From Acidimicrobiales bacterium (GTDB lineage: Bacteria > Actinomycetota > Acidimicrobiia > Acidimicrobiales > Bog-793), in contig DATGLP010000008.1 of NCBI GenBank assembly GCA_035294085.1, positions 87,681-151,680 on the forward strand: 64,000 nucleotides of DNA, in the 5' to 3' direction. Within the stretch, counting starts at the first letter, position 1. Each line of letters opens with the position of its first letter. Shown here in pieces: positions 1 to 9,918 of the stretch. The position numbers were made by a program, and so were the translations under genes. Below the pieces are notes generated by a model that had not been told where the DNA came from, did not search any database, and was given only the letters and a program-made list of their open reading frames with translations.

Positions 1-2297
1 GCCTCCTCGGCGACGAAGGGGAGGAATGGCGCGAACAGCCGCAGGACGACCGAGAGGGCGGTGCTCAGCGCGTGGCGGGCAGAGTCGGCGCCGCTGCCCT
101 CCCCGTAGGCGCGGCCCTTGGCGAGCTCCAGGTAGTCGTCGCAGAAGGCCCAGAAGAACTGCTCGCTCACCTCGAGCGACCGGGCGTGCTCGTACGCTTC
201 CATCGCCTCGGTGGACCTGGCCACGACGTCGCGAAGGCGCGCGAGCATCGCCGCGTCGAGCGGCTCGAGGCGCTCCGGAGCGCCCAGGCGCCCCTCGCAG
301 CGCCCGAGCACGAACCTCGTTGCGTTGAGCAGCTTGATGGCGAGTCGTCGTCCGATTCGCATCTGCTGCTCGTCGTAGATGGTGTCGACGCCGAGGCGCG
401 CCGATCCCGCCCAGTAGCGCACGGCGTCGGTGCCGTGGCGCTCCAGGAGATCGGTCGGCACGACCACGTTGCCCTTCGACTTCGACATCTTCTTGCGCTC
501 CGGGTCGAGGATCCACCCGGAGATCGCAGCGTCTGACCACGGCAGGCAGCCGTGCTCGAGCTCGGAGCGCACGATCGTGGTGAACAGCCAGGTGCGGATG
601 ATCTCGTGCGCCTGGGGCCGTAGGTCCATCGGGAAGACCCGTGCGAACAGGTCGGGATCGTCCGCCCACTGCCCGGCGATCTGGGGGGTGAGGGACGAGG
701 TGGCCCAGGTGTCCATGACGTCCGGGTCGCCGACGAAGCCCCCCGGCTGGCCGCGCTGGGCAGGTTCGTAGCCGTCGGGTACGTCCGTCGAGGGGTCGAC
801 GGGCAGGGAGGACTCCGACGCGAGGATCGGGTGCTCGTCGTCGACGCTGCCGTCGGGCTCGACGGGGTACCACACCGGGAAGGGGACGCCGAAGAAGCGC
901 TGGCGCGAGATGTTCCAGTCGCCGTTCAGGCCATCGACCCACGCCTCGAAGCGGGTTCGCATGAACTCGGGATGCCAGATGAGCGCTCGACCTGCCTCGA
1001 GGAGCTTCTCGCGAAGCGCCAGCGTCGACACGTACCACTGTCGGGAGGAGACGATCTCGAGCGGGTGCTCGCCGCGCTCGTAGTGCTTCACGGCGTGCAC
1101 GATCGGGCGCGGCGCGCCGAGGAGCTCGCCGGACTCGCCGAGCAGCTCGACGACGCGCCGGCGCGCGTCCTCCACGCGGCGCCCCTCGAGCTGCGCGTAG
1201 CGGGCGCGCGCCGCTGCTGGGTCGCGAGACTCCCAGCCGGGTGTGCCGAAGGGCGCGGGACCGAGGCGGCCGTCGCGCCCGACGACGGTGCGCAGTGCGA
1301 GCCCGAGCTCTCGCCACCACACGACGTCGGTGAGGTCGCCGAAGGTGCACACCATCGCGATACCGGTCCCCTTCTCGGGGTCCGCGAGCGGGTGGGCGAG
1401 GACTGGGACCTCGACGCGAAACAGCGGCGTCAGCGCCTTCGACCCGACGAGCGAGCGGTACCGGGGGTCGTCAGGGTGCGCGACGAGACCGACGCACGCC
1501 GCGAGCAGTTCGGGTCGGGTCGTCTCGACCTCGATGGGGGCGCCGCCGTCGGCGCGGGCAAACGCAAGGCGGTGGTAGGCGCCGGGGATCTCGCGGTCCT
1601 CGAGCTCGGCCTGCGCGACCGCCGTCCGGAAGTCGACGTCCCACAGCGTCGGCGCCTCCTGGCGGTAGGCGTCGCCGCGCCGGACCATACGGAGGAACGC
1701 GCGCTGGGAGGCTCGGCGCGCGGCCTCGCCGATCGTCGTGTACTTCGTCGTCCAGTCGACGGAGAGCCCGAGGCGGCGGAACAGGTCCTCGAACGCCTGC
1801 TCGTCGGTCGCCGTGAGCTCGTGGCACAGCTCGACGAAGTTCGGGCGGGACACCGCGACGGGCGGGCTCGGCGGATCGCTCGGCGCGATGAAGCCGGGGT
1901 CGTAGGGGAGGCTCGGGTCGCAGCGGACCCCGAAGTGGTTCTGGACCCGGCGCTCGGTCGGCAGGCCGTTGTCGTCCCAGCCGATGGGGTAGAAGACCTC
2001 CCTGCCTCGCATGCGCCGGTAGCGGGCCACGATGTCGGTCTGGGTGTAGGAGAAGACGTGCCCGACGTGCAGCTGGCCCGACACCGTCGGCGGCGGCGTG
2101 TCGATCGAGAAGATCTCCTCGCGCGGTCGCGTCCGGTCGAAGCGGTACGTGCCCGCCGCCTCCCAGGCCGCGATCCAGCGAGCCTCGAGGCCCTCGAGGG
2201 CGGGGCGCTCGGGCACCCGCCAGTGCGCCGCCACCTCGAGCGTGCGCACGCCCCGGGCGTCCGGACGCGCCAGGCCGTTCGGGTCATCGCTCGGCAT
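1..2297 (-). CDS. valS: valine--tRNA ligase (archaeal/actinobacterial type), C-terminus truncated by window edge
   Basis: Not in ORF track because it runs off the left edge. Minus-strand translation from ATG 2297 reads [13 protein letters not shown]...[62 protein letters not shown] (HIGH-type motif). It also reads [11 protein letters not shown] (KMSKS, encoded near 471-500). The frame is open down to position 1. Confidence 0.85.
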   Translation of the reverse strand, partial: MPSDDPNGLARPDARGVRTLEVAAHWRVPERPALEGLEARWIAAWEAAGTYRFDRTRPREEIFSIDTPPPTVSGQLHVGHVFSYTQTDIVARYRRMRGREVFYPIGWDDNGLPTERRVQNHFGVRCDPSLPYDPGFIAPSDPPSPPVAVSRPNFVELCHELTATDEQAFEDLFRRLGLSVDWTTKYTTIGEAARRASQRAFLRMVRRGDAYRQEAPTLWDVDFRTAVAQAELEDREIPGAYHRLAFARADGGAPIEVETTRPELLAACVGLVAHPDDPRYRSLVGSKALTPLFRVEVPVLAHPLADPEKGTGIAMVCTFGDLTDVVWWRELGLALRTVVGRDGRLGPAPFGTPGWESRDPAAARARYAQLEGRRVEDARRRVVELLGESGELLGAPRPIVHAVKHYERGEHPLEIVSSRQWYVSTLALREKLLEAGRALIWHPEFMRTRFEAWVDGLNGDWNISRQRFFGVPFPVWYPVEPDGSVDDEHPILASESSLPVDPSTDVPDGYEPAQRGQPGGFVGDPDVMDTWATSSLTPQIAGQWADDPDLFARVFPMDLRPQAHEIIRTWLFTTIVRSELEHGCLPWSDAAISGWILDPERKKMSKSKGNVVVPTDLLERHGTDAVRYWAGSARLGVDTIYDEQQMRIGRRLAIKLLNATRFVLGRCEGRLGAPERLEPLDAAMLARLRDVVARSTEAMEAYEHARSLEVSEQFFWAFCDDYLELAKGRAYGEGSGADSARHALSTALSVVLRLFAPFLPFVAEE

Positions 2298-2305
2298 CGG
2301 CCTAG

Positions 2306-2312
2306 TACGGTA
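2306..2312. promoter_or_regulatory. palindromic TACGGTA box, candidate shared -10 element for divergent leaderless valS and cysS
   Basis: The two start codons are only 20 bp apart (2297 minus, 2318 plus). Plus strand reads TACGGT + 6 nt + GTG(2318). Minus strand reads TACCGT + 9 nt + ATG(2297). No Shine-Dalgarno is possible for either gene. Confidence 0.4.
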
Positions 2313-2317
2313 GCCGT

Positions 2318-3673
2318 GTGCTGCGGCTGCACGACACAGCGCGTGGCCGGGTGGTCGAGGTCGCCCTGCGGCAGCCGGGGCGGGTCGGCATGTACGTGTG
2401 CGGGCCGACCGTGTACGGCCCGCCGCATCTCGGCCACGGCCGCTTCGCGATCGTCTTCGACGTCCTCCGCCGCTACCTTGCGTGGCGCGGCCTCGAGGTC
2501 GACTACGTCTCCAACGTCACCGACATCGACGACAAGATCCTCGACCGGGCTGCCGCAGAGGGCCGGAGCTGGCGAGACGTCGCGAGCGAGTTCGAGGCGC
2601 AGTGGTGGGACGCGCTCGCCGCGCTCGAGGTGCTCCGGCCGACGAGGTCCCCGCACGCGTCGGAGTACGTCGACCAGATGGTGGCGCTCGTCGGGGAGCT
2701 CGTGGGAAGGGGGGCGGCCTACGAGACCGACGACGGCGTCTACCTCGAGGTGGCTCGCGTGCCCGGCTACGGGCTGCTCGCCCACCAGAGCCTCGAGTCC
2801 CTGCGGGCCGGGGCGCGAGTCGAGGTGCGCGAGCACAAGCGTTCGCCAGCGGACTTCGCCCTGTGGAAGAAGGCGAAGCCGGGTGAGCCGTCGTGGCCCT
2901 CGCCCTGGGGACCGGGCCGCCCCGGTTGGCACACCGAGTGCGTCGTGATGGCGCTGGCGCTCCTCGGCGAGGGGTTCGAGATCCACGGCGGCGGCCAGGA
3001 CCTCGCGTTCCCCCACCACGAGAACGAGCGCGCCCAGGCCGTCGCCCTCGGCAGGCGCTTCGCCGGCCACTGGGTGCACAACGGTTTCGTCGAGGTCGAG
3101 GGCGAGAAGATGTCCAAGTCGCTCGGGAACTACACCACGCTCCCCGAGCTCGTCGAGCACGGGCAGGCGCGAGCCTTCCGGCTCCTCGTCCTGCGCGCCC
3201 ACTACCGCTCGCCGCTCGAGGTGAGCGAAGCGGCACTCGCCGACGCCGCGAGCGCGCTCGAGCGCCTCGACGCGCTCGGGCGCCGCTTCGGCGAAGCTCC
3301 CGCTCCGGCCTCGACGGACGCGTCGAGGGAGCTCGTCGAGACGTTCCGGGAGGCGATGGACGACGACCTGGACACCCCTCGCGCGCTCGCGCTCCTCTTC
3401 GAGGCGCTCCGTCGGGCCAACGGCCTCGCGGACAGCGGCGAGCGCGCGCCGGCCGCGGCGCTCGCGGACGGCGTCGTCGGCTGCTTCGCGGTCCTCGGCC
3501 TCTCGCCGCAGCGCGCCGCGCCCCCCGACGCCGCGGCGCGGGAGCTCCTCACCCGGCGCGAGGCTGCCCGGATCGCGCGCGACTTCGACCTCGCCGACCG
3601 CTTGCGCGCCGAGATCGAAGCCCTCGGCTGGCGGGTCGAGGACACCGCGCAGGGACCCCGGCTGCGCCGCTGA
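2318..3673 (+). CDS. cysS: cysteine--tRNA ligase
   Basis: 451-aa ORF with GTG start. Contains class-I HIGH-type [15 protein letters not shown] and GWHTECV...FPHHENE, typical of CysRS. Confidence 0.95.
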   Translation: MLRLHDTARGRVVEVALRQPGRVGMYVCGPTVYGPPHLGHGRFAIVFDVLRRYLAWRGLEVDYVSNVTDIDDKILDRAAAEGRSWRDVASEFEAQWWDALAALEVLRPTRSPHASEYVDQMVALVGELVGRGAAYETDDGVYLEVARVPGYGLLAHQSLESLRAGARVEVREHKRSPADFALWKKAKPGEPSWPSPWGPGRPGWHTECVVMALALLGEGFEIHGGGQDLAFPHHENERAQAVALGRRFAGHWVHNGFVEVEGEKMSKSLGNYTTLPELVEHGQARAFRLLVLRAHYRSPLEVSEAALADAASALERLDALGRRFGEAPAPASTDASRELVETFREAMDDDLDTPRALALLFEALRRANGLADSGERAPAAALADGVVGCFAVLGLSPQRAAPPDAAARELLTRREAARIARDFDLADRLRAEIEALGWRVEDTAQGPRLRR

Positions 3674-3693
3674 GGAGCGTGCCGGCAACGTGG

Positions 3694-3723
3694 GTGACGC
3701 CGGCGGCGTTTCGCTGGTAGCCT
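3694..3723 (+). promoter_or_regulatory. candidate sigma-A type promoter of csp (-35 GTGACG, 18-nt spacer, -10 TAGCCT), implying a ~120-nt 5' UTR
   Basis: GTGACG at 3694-3699 and TAGCCT (TANNNT) at 3718-3723. A long 5' UTR is typical of cold-shock genes. No experimental support. Confidence 0.3.
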
Positions 3724-3851
3724 GCGCAGTGAGAGAACGCGGACCGTCGACGGTCTGGCCGACCTCTGCGGCCCGGCAGGGTCCGGTGGTCCGCCGCCGT
3801 GGCCCGATCCCTCTCGCTGTACGCATCACCGAAAGAAGGGGGATCGCCGAG

Positions 3852-4052
3852 GTGGCGACCGGAACAGTGAAGTGGTTCAACGCCGAGAAGGGCTACGGCT
3901 TCATCTCGCAGCCCGACGGGGCGGACGTCTTCGTCCATCACTCCGCCATCCAGATGGCGGGCTACCGCACCCTCGAGGAGGGCCAGGCGGTCGAGTTCGA
4001 CGTCCAGCAGGGCCAGAAGGGGCTGCAGGCCGCGAACGTCCGGCCGGCCTGA
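3852..4052 (+). CDS. cold-shock protein (CspA family)
   Basis: Last 66 aa of ORF 3690..4052: [52 protein letters not shown]1 is KGYGFI and RNP2 is VFVHH. GTG 3852 is preceded by GAAGGGGGA Shine-Dalgarno. Confidence 0.9.
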   Translation: MATGTVKWFNAEKGYGFISQPDGADVFVHHSAIQMAGYRTLEEGQAVEFDVQQGQKGLQAANVRPA

Positions 4053-4056
4053 GGCT

Positions 4057-4088
4057 CGTGCCCCGGCGCCCGAGGGCGCAGGGGCACG
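4057..4088 (+). terminator. GC-rich stem-loop downstream of csp (candidate intrinsic terminator, no U-tract)
   Basis: CGTGCCCC (4057-4064) pairs with GGGGCACG (4081-4088). An inner stem pairs GCGCC (4066-4070) with GGCGC (4075-4079). It starts 5 nt after the csp stop. Confidence 0.45.
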
Positions 4089-4116
4089 CCGAGCGGGCGA
4101 GGGCCGGCGCCGCGAT

Positions 4117-5385
4117 TTGACGGCGCCAGCTCCCGCCGGTCCACTAGACAGCGTGGAGCTTCGTGGCGCGCGCTCGGGCGCGCCCGTGCATCGGTCCGGC
4201 GCGGGGCTGGGCGCGCTGCGGATCGTCGTCGCCGTCGACTTCCTCGTCTTCGGCCTCACCTTCCCGATCCTGCCCCTCTACGCGCGCCACCTCGGGCTGC
4301 CCGTCGTCGCCGTCGGTGCCCTCGTGGCCACCTACTCGCTCGCCCAGCTCCTCGCCGCGCCGGCGTGGGGCCGCGTCTCCGACCGGCTGGGCCGCCGTTC
4401 GGCGCTGCTCGCGTCGCTCGCTGGCAGCGCAGCCTCGAGCCTGCTGATCGCGCTCGCTCCGGCAGGGTCCTTCCTCTTCGTCGCGGTCGCCGTGAACGGC
4501 GCCTCCGGCGGGAGCATCGCCGTCGCCCAGGCCTCCGTGGTCGACGTCGTTCCACCAGCGGACCAGTCGCGGGCTCTGGGTCTGCTCGGCGCCGGGATCG
4601 CCGCCGGCTTCGTCCTCGGCCCCGGCCTCGCGGGCCTCGCGGCCCTCGGTGGTGCCCGCCTACCCTTCGTGCTCGCCGCGGTCCTCGCCGCGGCGAACGC
4701 CGCCTACGGGACGCGCCATCTCCCCGAGACGAGGCCGGCCGCAGCGTCCGGGTCGGCTGCCTCCGACCCCCTTCGGTCCACCGTGCCCAGCGGGCGCGTC
4801 GCGCGTGCGGAGCTGCTCGGGGTGGTCGGCCTGGCAGCTGGAGCCTTCGGGATCTTCGAGGCCACCTTCGCGCTCGTCGGTCGGCGGCACTTCGGGTTCG
4901 GCGAGTCGGGCGCCGGCCTGTGCTTCGCGCTCGTCGGGCTCTCGATGGCGTTCGCCCAGGCACGCGGCGTGGGGCCGCTGGCCCGCCGGCTCGGGCCTGC
5001 CCGCACCGCGCTCGCCGGCGGGGTGGCCTTCGCCGTCGGGCTGGTGTGCGTCGCGCTCTGGGCGAGCTGGTGGACGCTCGCGGTCGGGCTCGCCCTCGTC
5101 GGCGCGGGCAACGGAGTCATCAGCCCGGTCGTCGTGCCGGCCCTCGCCCGCAGCGCCCCGGCCGCTGGCCGCGGCGCGCTGCTCGGCCGCCAGCAGGCCG
5201 TCGTCAGCTCCGCTCGCATCCTCGGTCCCCTCCTCGGCGGGATCGTGCTCGCCGGGTCGGGGACGCTCGCAACGTACGCGCTCGCCGCAGCCGTGGTGCT
5301 CGCAGCGCTCGGCCTCGTCGGGTCGCGCCGCGCCCGGGCGCTGCTCGGGGCGACCTCGGCCGCGCTGGCCCCCCTCGCACGCTGA
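4117..5385 (+). CDS. MFS transporter
   Basis: 422-aa ORF with ~12 hydrophobic segments. Contains the MFS loop motif WGRVSDRLGRR and the N-terminus LRIVVAVDFLVFGLTFPILPLYA. Start uncertain: TTG 4117, or in-frame GTG 4153 or 4186. Confidence 0.8.
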   Translation: MTAPAPAGPLDSVELRGARSGAPVHRSGAGLGALRIVVAVDFLVFGLTFPILPLYARHLGLPVVAVGALVATYSLAQLLAAPAWGRVSDRLGRRSALLASLAGSAASSLLIALAPAGSFLFVAVAVNGASGGSIAVAQASVVDVVPPADQSRALGLLGAGIAAGFVLGPGLAGLAALGGARLPFVLAAVLAAANAAYGTRHLPETRPAAASGSAASDPLRSTVPSGRVARAELLGVVGLAAGAFGIFEATFALVGRRHFGFGESGAGLCFALVGLSMAFAQARGVGPLARRLGPARTALAGGVAFAVGLVCVALWASWWTLAVGLALVGAGNGVISPVVVPALARSAPAAGRGALLGRQQAVVSSARILGPLLGGIVLAGSGTLATYALAAAVVLAALGLVGSRRARALLGATSAALAPLAR

Positions 5386-6071
5386 GCAACCCGGGCGGCG
5401 CCCGAGGACGGCCTCGGCGGAGCCGCTCGGCTGCCCCGCTGGCCCAGCTCGTGTCGATCCTCGCTCGCCTCGAGGGCCGTTGCCGACCGGGCCCGCGTCC
5501 TTGCGCACGAGCGCGGCGCGCACGGCCGGCGCTCGCCCTCCAGAGGACCGCTCGAGCCGGCGCGAGGTCCCTCTTCGCGCCGGACCGAGGCGATCGGTGC
5601 GGGCGAGGCGCATCGCGTCGTCGAGGCGGGCCGCGCGCCGGTCGCACCGGCCGAGGACCTCGAGCTCGACGGTGTCGGGCTCGGCTGCGACGAAGCGCGT
5701 CGCGACGCGGCCGTCGCGGCCCGGGGCCATCGGGACCGTGCGCCAGAGGACTCGCCGCGGGGAGGGAACCGAGCCCGAGCTCGCTCGATCGCTCTCCCGT
5801 GGGCGAGGGCGTCGGCTGCGCCGACCTCGCTGCGCAGGCCGTCCTCGCGCGAAGACGCCTCGGTCGACTGCGGCACGGTGCCTCGAGTCGCGACGCCAGC
5901 GGCTCCGTCGGCTGGGGCGAGGCATCCCGCCCCGGCCTGCCTCCTCGTCGCCGGCCACCGCACGCATGTGGGCAGCGCAACCTTCCGCTGCGGCGCACCG
6001 CGCCGAGTGGCCGTCCCCCCGCTCCGACCTGGCTCGAGGGGCTCCTTGCCTGGGTGCGCCGCTTCGCCTAG

Positions 6072-7043
<972 letters not shown>

Positions 7044-7101
7044 CAGACCGGCCGCCGCTTGGCCGAGACGTCGCCCCTGCTCCTACCATGGGGCCGTCCT
7101 C

Positions 7102-7809
7102 ATGACGTTGGCCGTGCGCTTCCGTGACGCCGTCTCGCTCGCCGGACGGTTCCCCCTGCTCGCAGGCGTCTCCCTCGACGTCGCCGAGGGGGAGGTCGTG
7201 CACCTGCGCGGGCCGAACGGCGCCGGCAAGACGAGCCTGCTGCGCGCGTGCGCCGGCCTCGTGGCGATCGTCTCCGGCGAGGCCGTCGTGCTCGGGCACG
7301 ACCTGCGCACCGACCGCCAGTCGGTCCGGCGCGACGTCGGCCTGCTCGGGCACGCGGGCTTCCTCTACGACGACCTGAGCGTCGAGGACAACGTGACCTT
7401 CGCCGTGCGCGCGGCGCGCGGCGACGTTCGGCGGGTGGCTCCCGCGCTCGAACGACTCGGGCTCGCCGGGCGCCTCAGCGCCGTACCGGTCGGCCAGCTC
7501 TCCGCAGGGCAGCGCCGGCGCAGTGCCCTCGCGGTCCTCGTCGCCCGTGCCCCGCGCCTGTGGCTGCTCGACGAGCCGCACGCCGGCCTCGACGCGCAGG
7601 GCCGCTCGCTCCTCGACGCGCTCATCGCCGAGGAGCGGGCCCGCGGCACGACGCTCCTCGTCGCCTCGCACGAGCACGACCGTGCCGGCGCCATCTGCGA
7701 CCGGGTCGTCGACATCGCGGGCGGCTGCGTGCACGCGCCGGTGACGACGACCGCCGAGGTGCCTGCCGCCGTCGCCGTCCTCGAGGGGGCGGGACGCGAT
7801 GTGGCGTGA
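7102..7809 (+). CDS. ccmA: heme exporter ATP-binding protein CcmA
   Basis: Walker A GPNGAGKTS, signature LSAGQRRR and Walker B LWLLDEP. First gene of the ccm operon. Overlaps ccmB by 11 nt. Confidence 0.85.
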   Translation: MTLAVRFRDAVSLAGRFPLLAGVSLDVAEGEVVHLRGPNGAGKTSLLRACAGLVAIVSGEAVVLGHDLRTDRQSVRRDVGLLGHAGFLYDDLSVEDNVTFAVRAARGDVRRVAPALERLGLAGRLSAVPVGQLSAGQRRRSALAVLVARAPRLWLLDEPHAGLDAQGRSLLDALIAEERARGTTLLVASHEHDRAGAICDRVVDIAGGCVHAPVTTTAEVPAAVAVLEGAGRDVA

Positions 7810-8467
7810 CGCGCTCCTCGTCGCGGCGAAGGACCTGCGCGTCGAGTGGCGGTCGCGCGTCGCGCGCAACCAGCTCGTCCCGTTCGCGCTCGCCGTCCTG
7901 CTCCTGTTCGGGCTGGCGCTCGGGCCCGACCGGGCCCTCCTGCAGTCGAGCGCGGCGGGGCTGTTCTGGGTGGCGGTGCTCCTGGCGACACTGCTCGCCG
8001 TGCAGCGGAGCTTCGCCATCGAGTCCGCCGACGACGCCCGGGACGGGCTGCGCCTTTCCGGCCTCGACCCCGGCGGCATCTTCGTCGGCAAGGCCGCGGC
8101 GATCGCCGTGGAGCTCGTCTGCCTGGAGGCGGTCCTCGGCGTCGGGGCCTCGGTGCTCTTCGACGTGCACCTCGGCGCGGCGCTCGCCCTCGGCGCGACC
8201 TGCCTGCTCGCCACCGCGGCCCTCGCCTCGCTCGGCACGGTGCACGGCGTCGTCACCGCGGGGGCGCGCGCGAGGGAGACGCTCCTCCCGCTGCTCTTCC
8301 TCCCCGTCGTCGCCCCGGTGCTGATCGCCGCCGTGAAGGCCTCGCGCGCCGCGCTCGACGGGCACCCGGGGGCAGCGGCCGGCTGGCTCGACCTCCTCGG
8401 CGTGCTCGCCCTCGTCTACGGCGCGCTCGGCACGGTCGCCTTCGGGCCCCTCCTCGAGGACCAGTGA
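7799..8467 (+). CDS. ccmB: heme exporter permease CcmB
   Basis: 222-aa polytopic membrane protein with N-terminus LLVAAKDLRVEWRSR and the size and position of CcmB between ccmA and ccmC. Confidence 0.8.
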   Translation: MWRDALLVAAKDLRVEWRSRVARNQLVPFALAVLLLFGLALGPDRALLQSSAAGLFWVAVLLATLLAVQRSFAIESADDARDGLRLSGLDPGGIFVGKAAAIAVELVCLEAVLGVGASVLFDVHLGAALALGATCLLATAALASLGTVHGVVTAGARARETLLPLLFLPVVAPVLIAAVKASRAALDGHPGAAAGWLDLLGVLALVYGALGTVAFGPLLEDQ

Positions 8468-9267
8468 GCACGGTCACGACTCGACCTGCGCGGGCGACGG
8501 CGCCCGGTGCCGACGGGGGAGCGCCGCCGCGCCGGCCCGCCCCCCCCAGGTCGCGGGGGCTGCGCCTCCTCGGCGTCAGCGCGCTCGCGGGTGTGGCGGC
8601 GACCGTCGCGCTCGGGCTCTTCGTCACGCCGCCCGACGAGTTCATGGGCAACCTCGTGCGGCTGCTCTACGTCCACCCCCCGATGGCGTGGGTGTCGTTC
8701 CTCGCCTACGGCGTCTCGTTCCTCGCCAGCCTCGGCTACCTGTGGCGCCGCACGCGCACGCTCGCCCTCGACCGCCTCGCCGGCTCCTCGGCCGAGGTCG
8801 GTGTCGTCTTCACGGCCCTCACCCTGGTCACCGGCTCGATCTGGGGCCGGCCGACGTGGGGGACGTGGTGGACCTGGGACCCGCTGCTCACGACGACGGC
8901 GCTCCTCCTCGTCGTCTACCTCGGCTACCTCGCCCTGCGGGCGGTGCCCGCGACGCCGGAGGTGCGCGCGAGGCGCGCCGCCATCGCGGCGCTCGTCGCC
9001 TTCGTCGACGTGCCGGTCGTCTACTTCTCCGTACTGTGGTGGCGCAGCCTCCACCAGGCCCCCACGGTCCTCGACCCCACCACCCACCGGACCTACGTCC
9101 ACGGCTCGATGGCCTGGACGCTGCTCCTCGGCTTCGTCTCGTTCACGCTCGTCTACGCGTGGCTGCTCGCCCACCGCTACCGGCTCGCCGCGCTCGCCGA
9201 TCGCCAGGCCGACGAGGGCCTCGCCGCCGCGCTCGCCGAGCGCCGCGCCGAGGCGGGCGCGCCGTGA
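8464..9267 (+). CDS. ccmC: heme exporter protein CcmC
   Basis: C-terminal part of ORF 7846..9267. GTG 8464 overlaps the ccmB stop (GTGA). The tryptophan-rich WWD motif WGRPTWGTWWTWDP is present. Confidence 0.9.
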   Translation: MSTVTTRPARATAPGADGGAPPRRPAPPRSRGLRLLGVSALAGVAATVALGLFVTPPDEFMGNLVRLLYVHPPMAWVSFLAYGVSFLASLGYLWRRTRTLALDRLAGSSAEVGVVFTALTLVTGSIWGRPTWGTWWTWDPLLTTTALLLVVYLGYLALRAVPATPEVRARRAAIAALVAFVDVPVVYFSVLWWRSLHQAPTVLDPTTHRTYVHGSMAWTLLLGFVSFTLVYAWLLAHRYRLAALADRQADEGLAAALAERRAEAGAP

Positions 9268-9413
9268 GCGGCTACATCGAGGCCGGCTACCTCGCCGTCC
9301 TCGTCGGCCTCGGCAGCTACGGATCGAGCCTGCTGTGGCGCGAGCGGCTGGCACGCCGGCGCCTGCCGCCGGAGGACGCCGGCGAGCGGCAGGCGGCGGG
9401 GGAGGACCGGTGA
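9264..9413 (+). CDS. ccmD: heme exporter protein CcmD (49 aa, single TM)
   Basis: GTG 9264 overlaps the ccmC stop (GTGA). Reads VSGYIEAGYLAVLVGLGSYGSSLLWRERLARRR. Size, single helix and position fit CcmD. Confidence 0.7.
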   Translation: MSGYIEAGYLAVLVGLGSYGSSLLWRERLARRRLPPEDAGERQAAGEDR

Positions 9414-9895
9414 GCGCGACCGCCGAAGCCGTGGCGCCGTCGCCGGCGCGCGTCCCCTCGGCGCGCGCCCGTCAGGTCCGCCGGCGCCTCCTCGTCGTTG
9501 CGCTCGTCCTCGCGGCGGCCTTCGGCCTGCTCATCGACAAGGTGCTCACCTCCGCAGTCGTCTACTTCAAGACCGCCCAGGAGGCGCTGCGGGCGCGCGC
9601 CACCCTCGGCAACGCCACCTTCCAGCTCGAGGGCGTCGTCGTCCCGGGCTCGATCGTCCGCCAGCGCGGCGCCCGCCTGCGCTTCGTCGTCGCGTCCGGG
9701 CCGGCGCGGGTGCGCGTCGAGGAGCGGGGCACCCCGCCTCAGCTGTTCCAGGCGAACATCCCGGTCGTCCTCGTCGGCCACTTCGTCGGCTCGAGCGACC
9801 TGTTCGCCTCCGACCAGATCCTCGTCAAGCACTCGAACGTGTACATCGCCGCCCACCCCGGCCGGGTGCGGGCCCCGGACGGCTCGGTGCGCTGA
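9410..9895 (+). CDS. ccmE: cytochrome c-type biogenesis heme chaperone CcmE
   Basis: GTG 9410 overlaps the ccmD stop. Has an N-terminal TM anchor and an OB-like body. The C-terminal ILVKHSNVYIAA carries the HxxxY heme-binding motif. Confidence 0.85.
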   Translation: MSATAEAVAPSPARVPSARARQVRRRLLVVALVLAAAFGLLIDKVLTSAVVYFKTAQEALRARATLGNATFQLEGVVVPGSIVRQRGARLRFVVASGPARVRVEERGTPPQLFQANIPVVLVGHFVGSSDLFASDQILVKHSNVYIAAHPGRVRAPDGSVR

Positions 9896-9918
9896 GGGAC
9901 CTGGCGGGGCGCCGAGCA

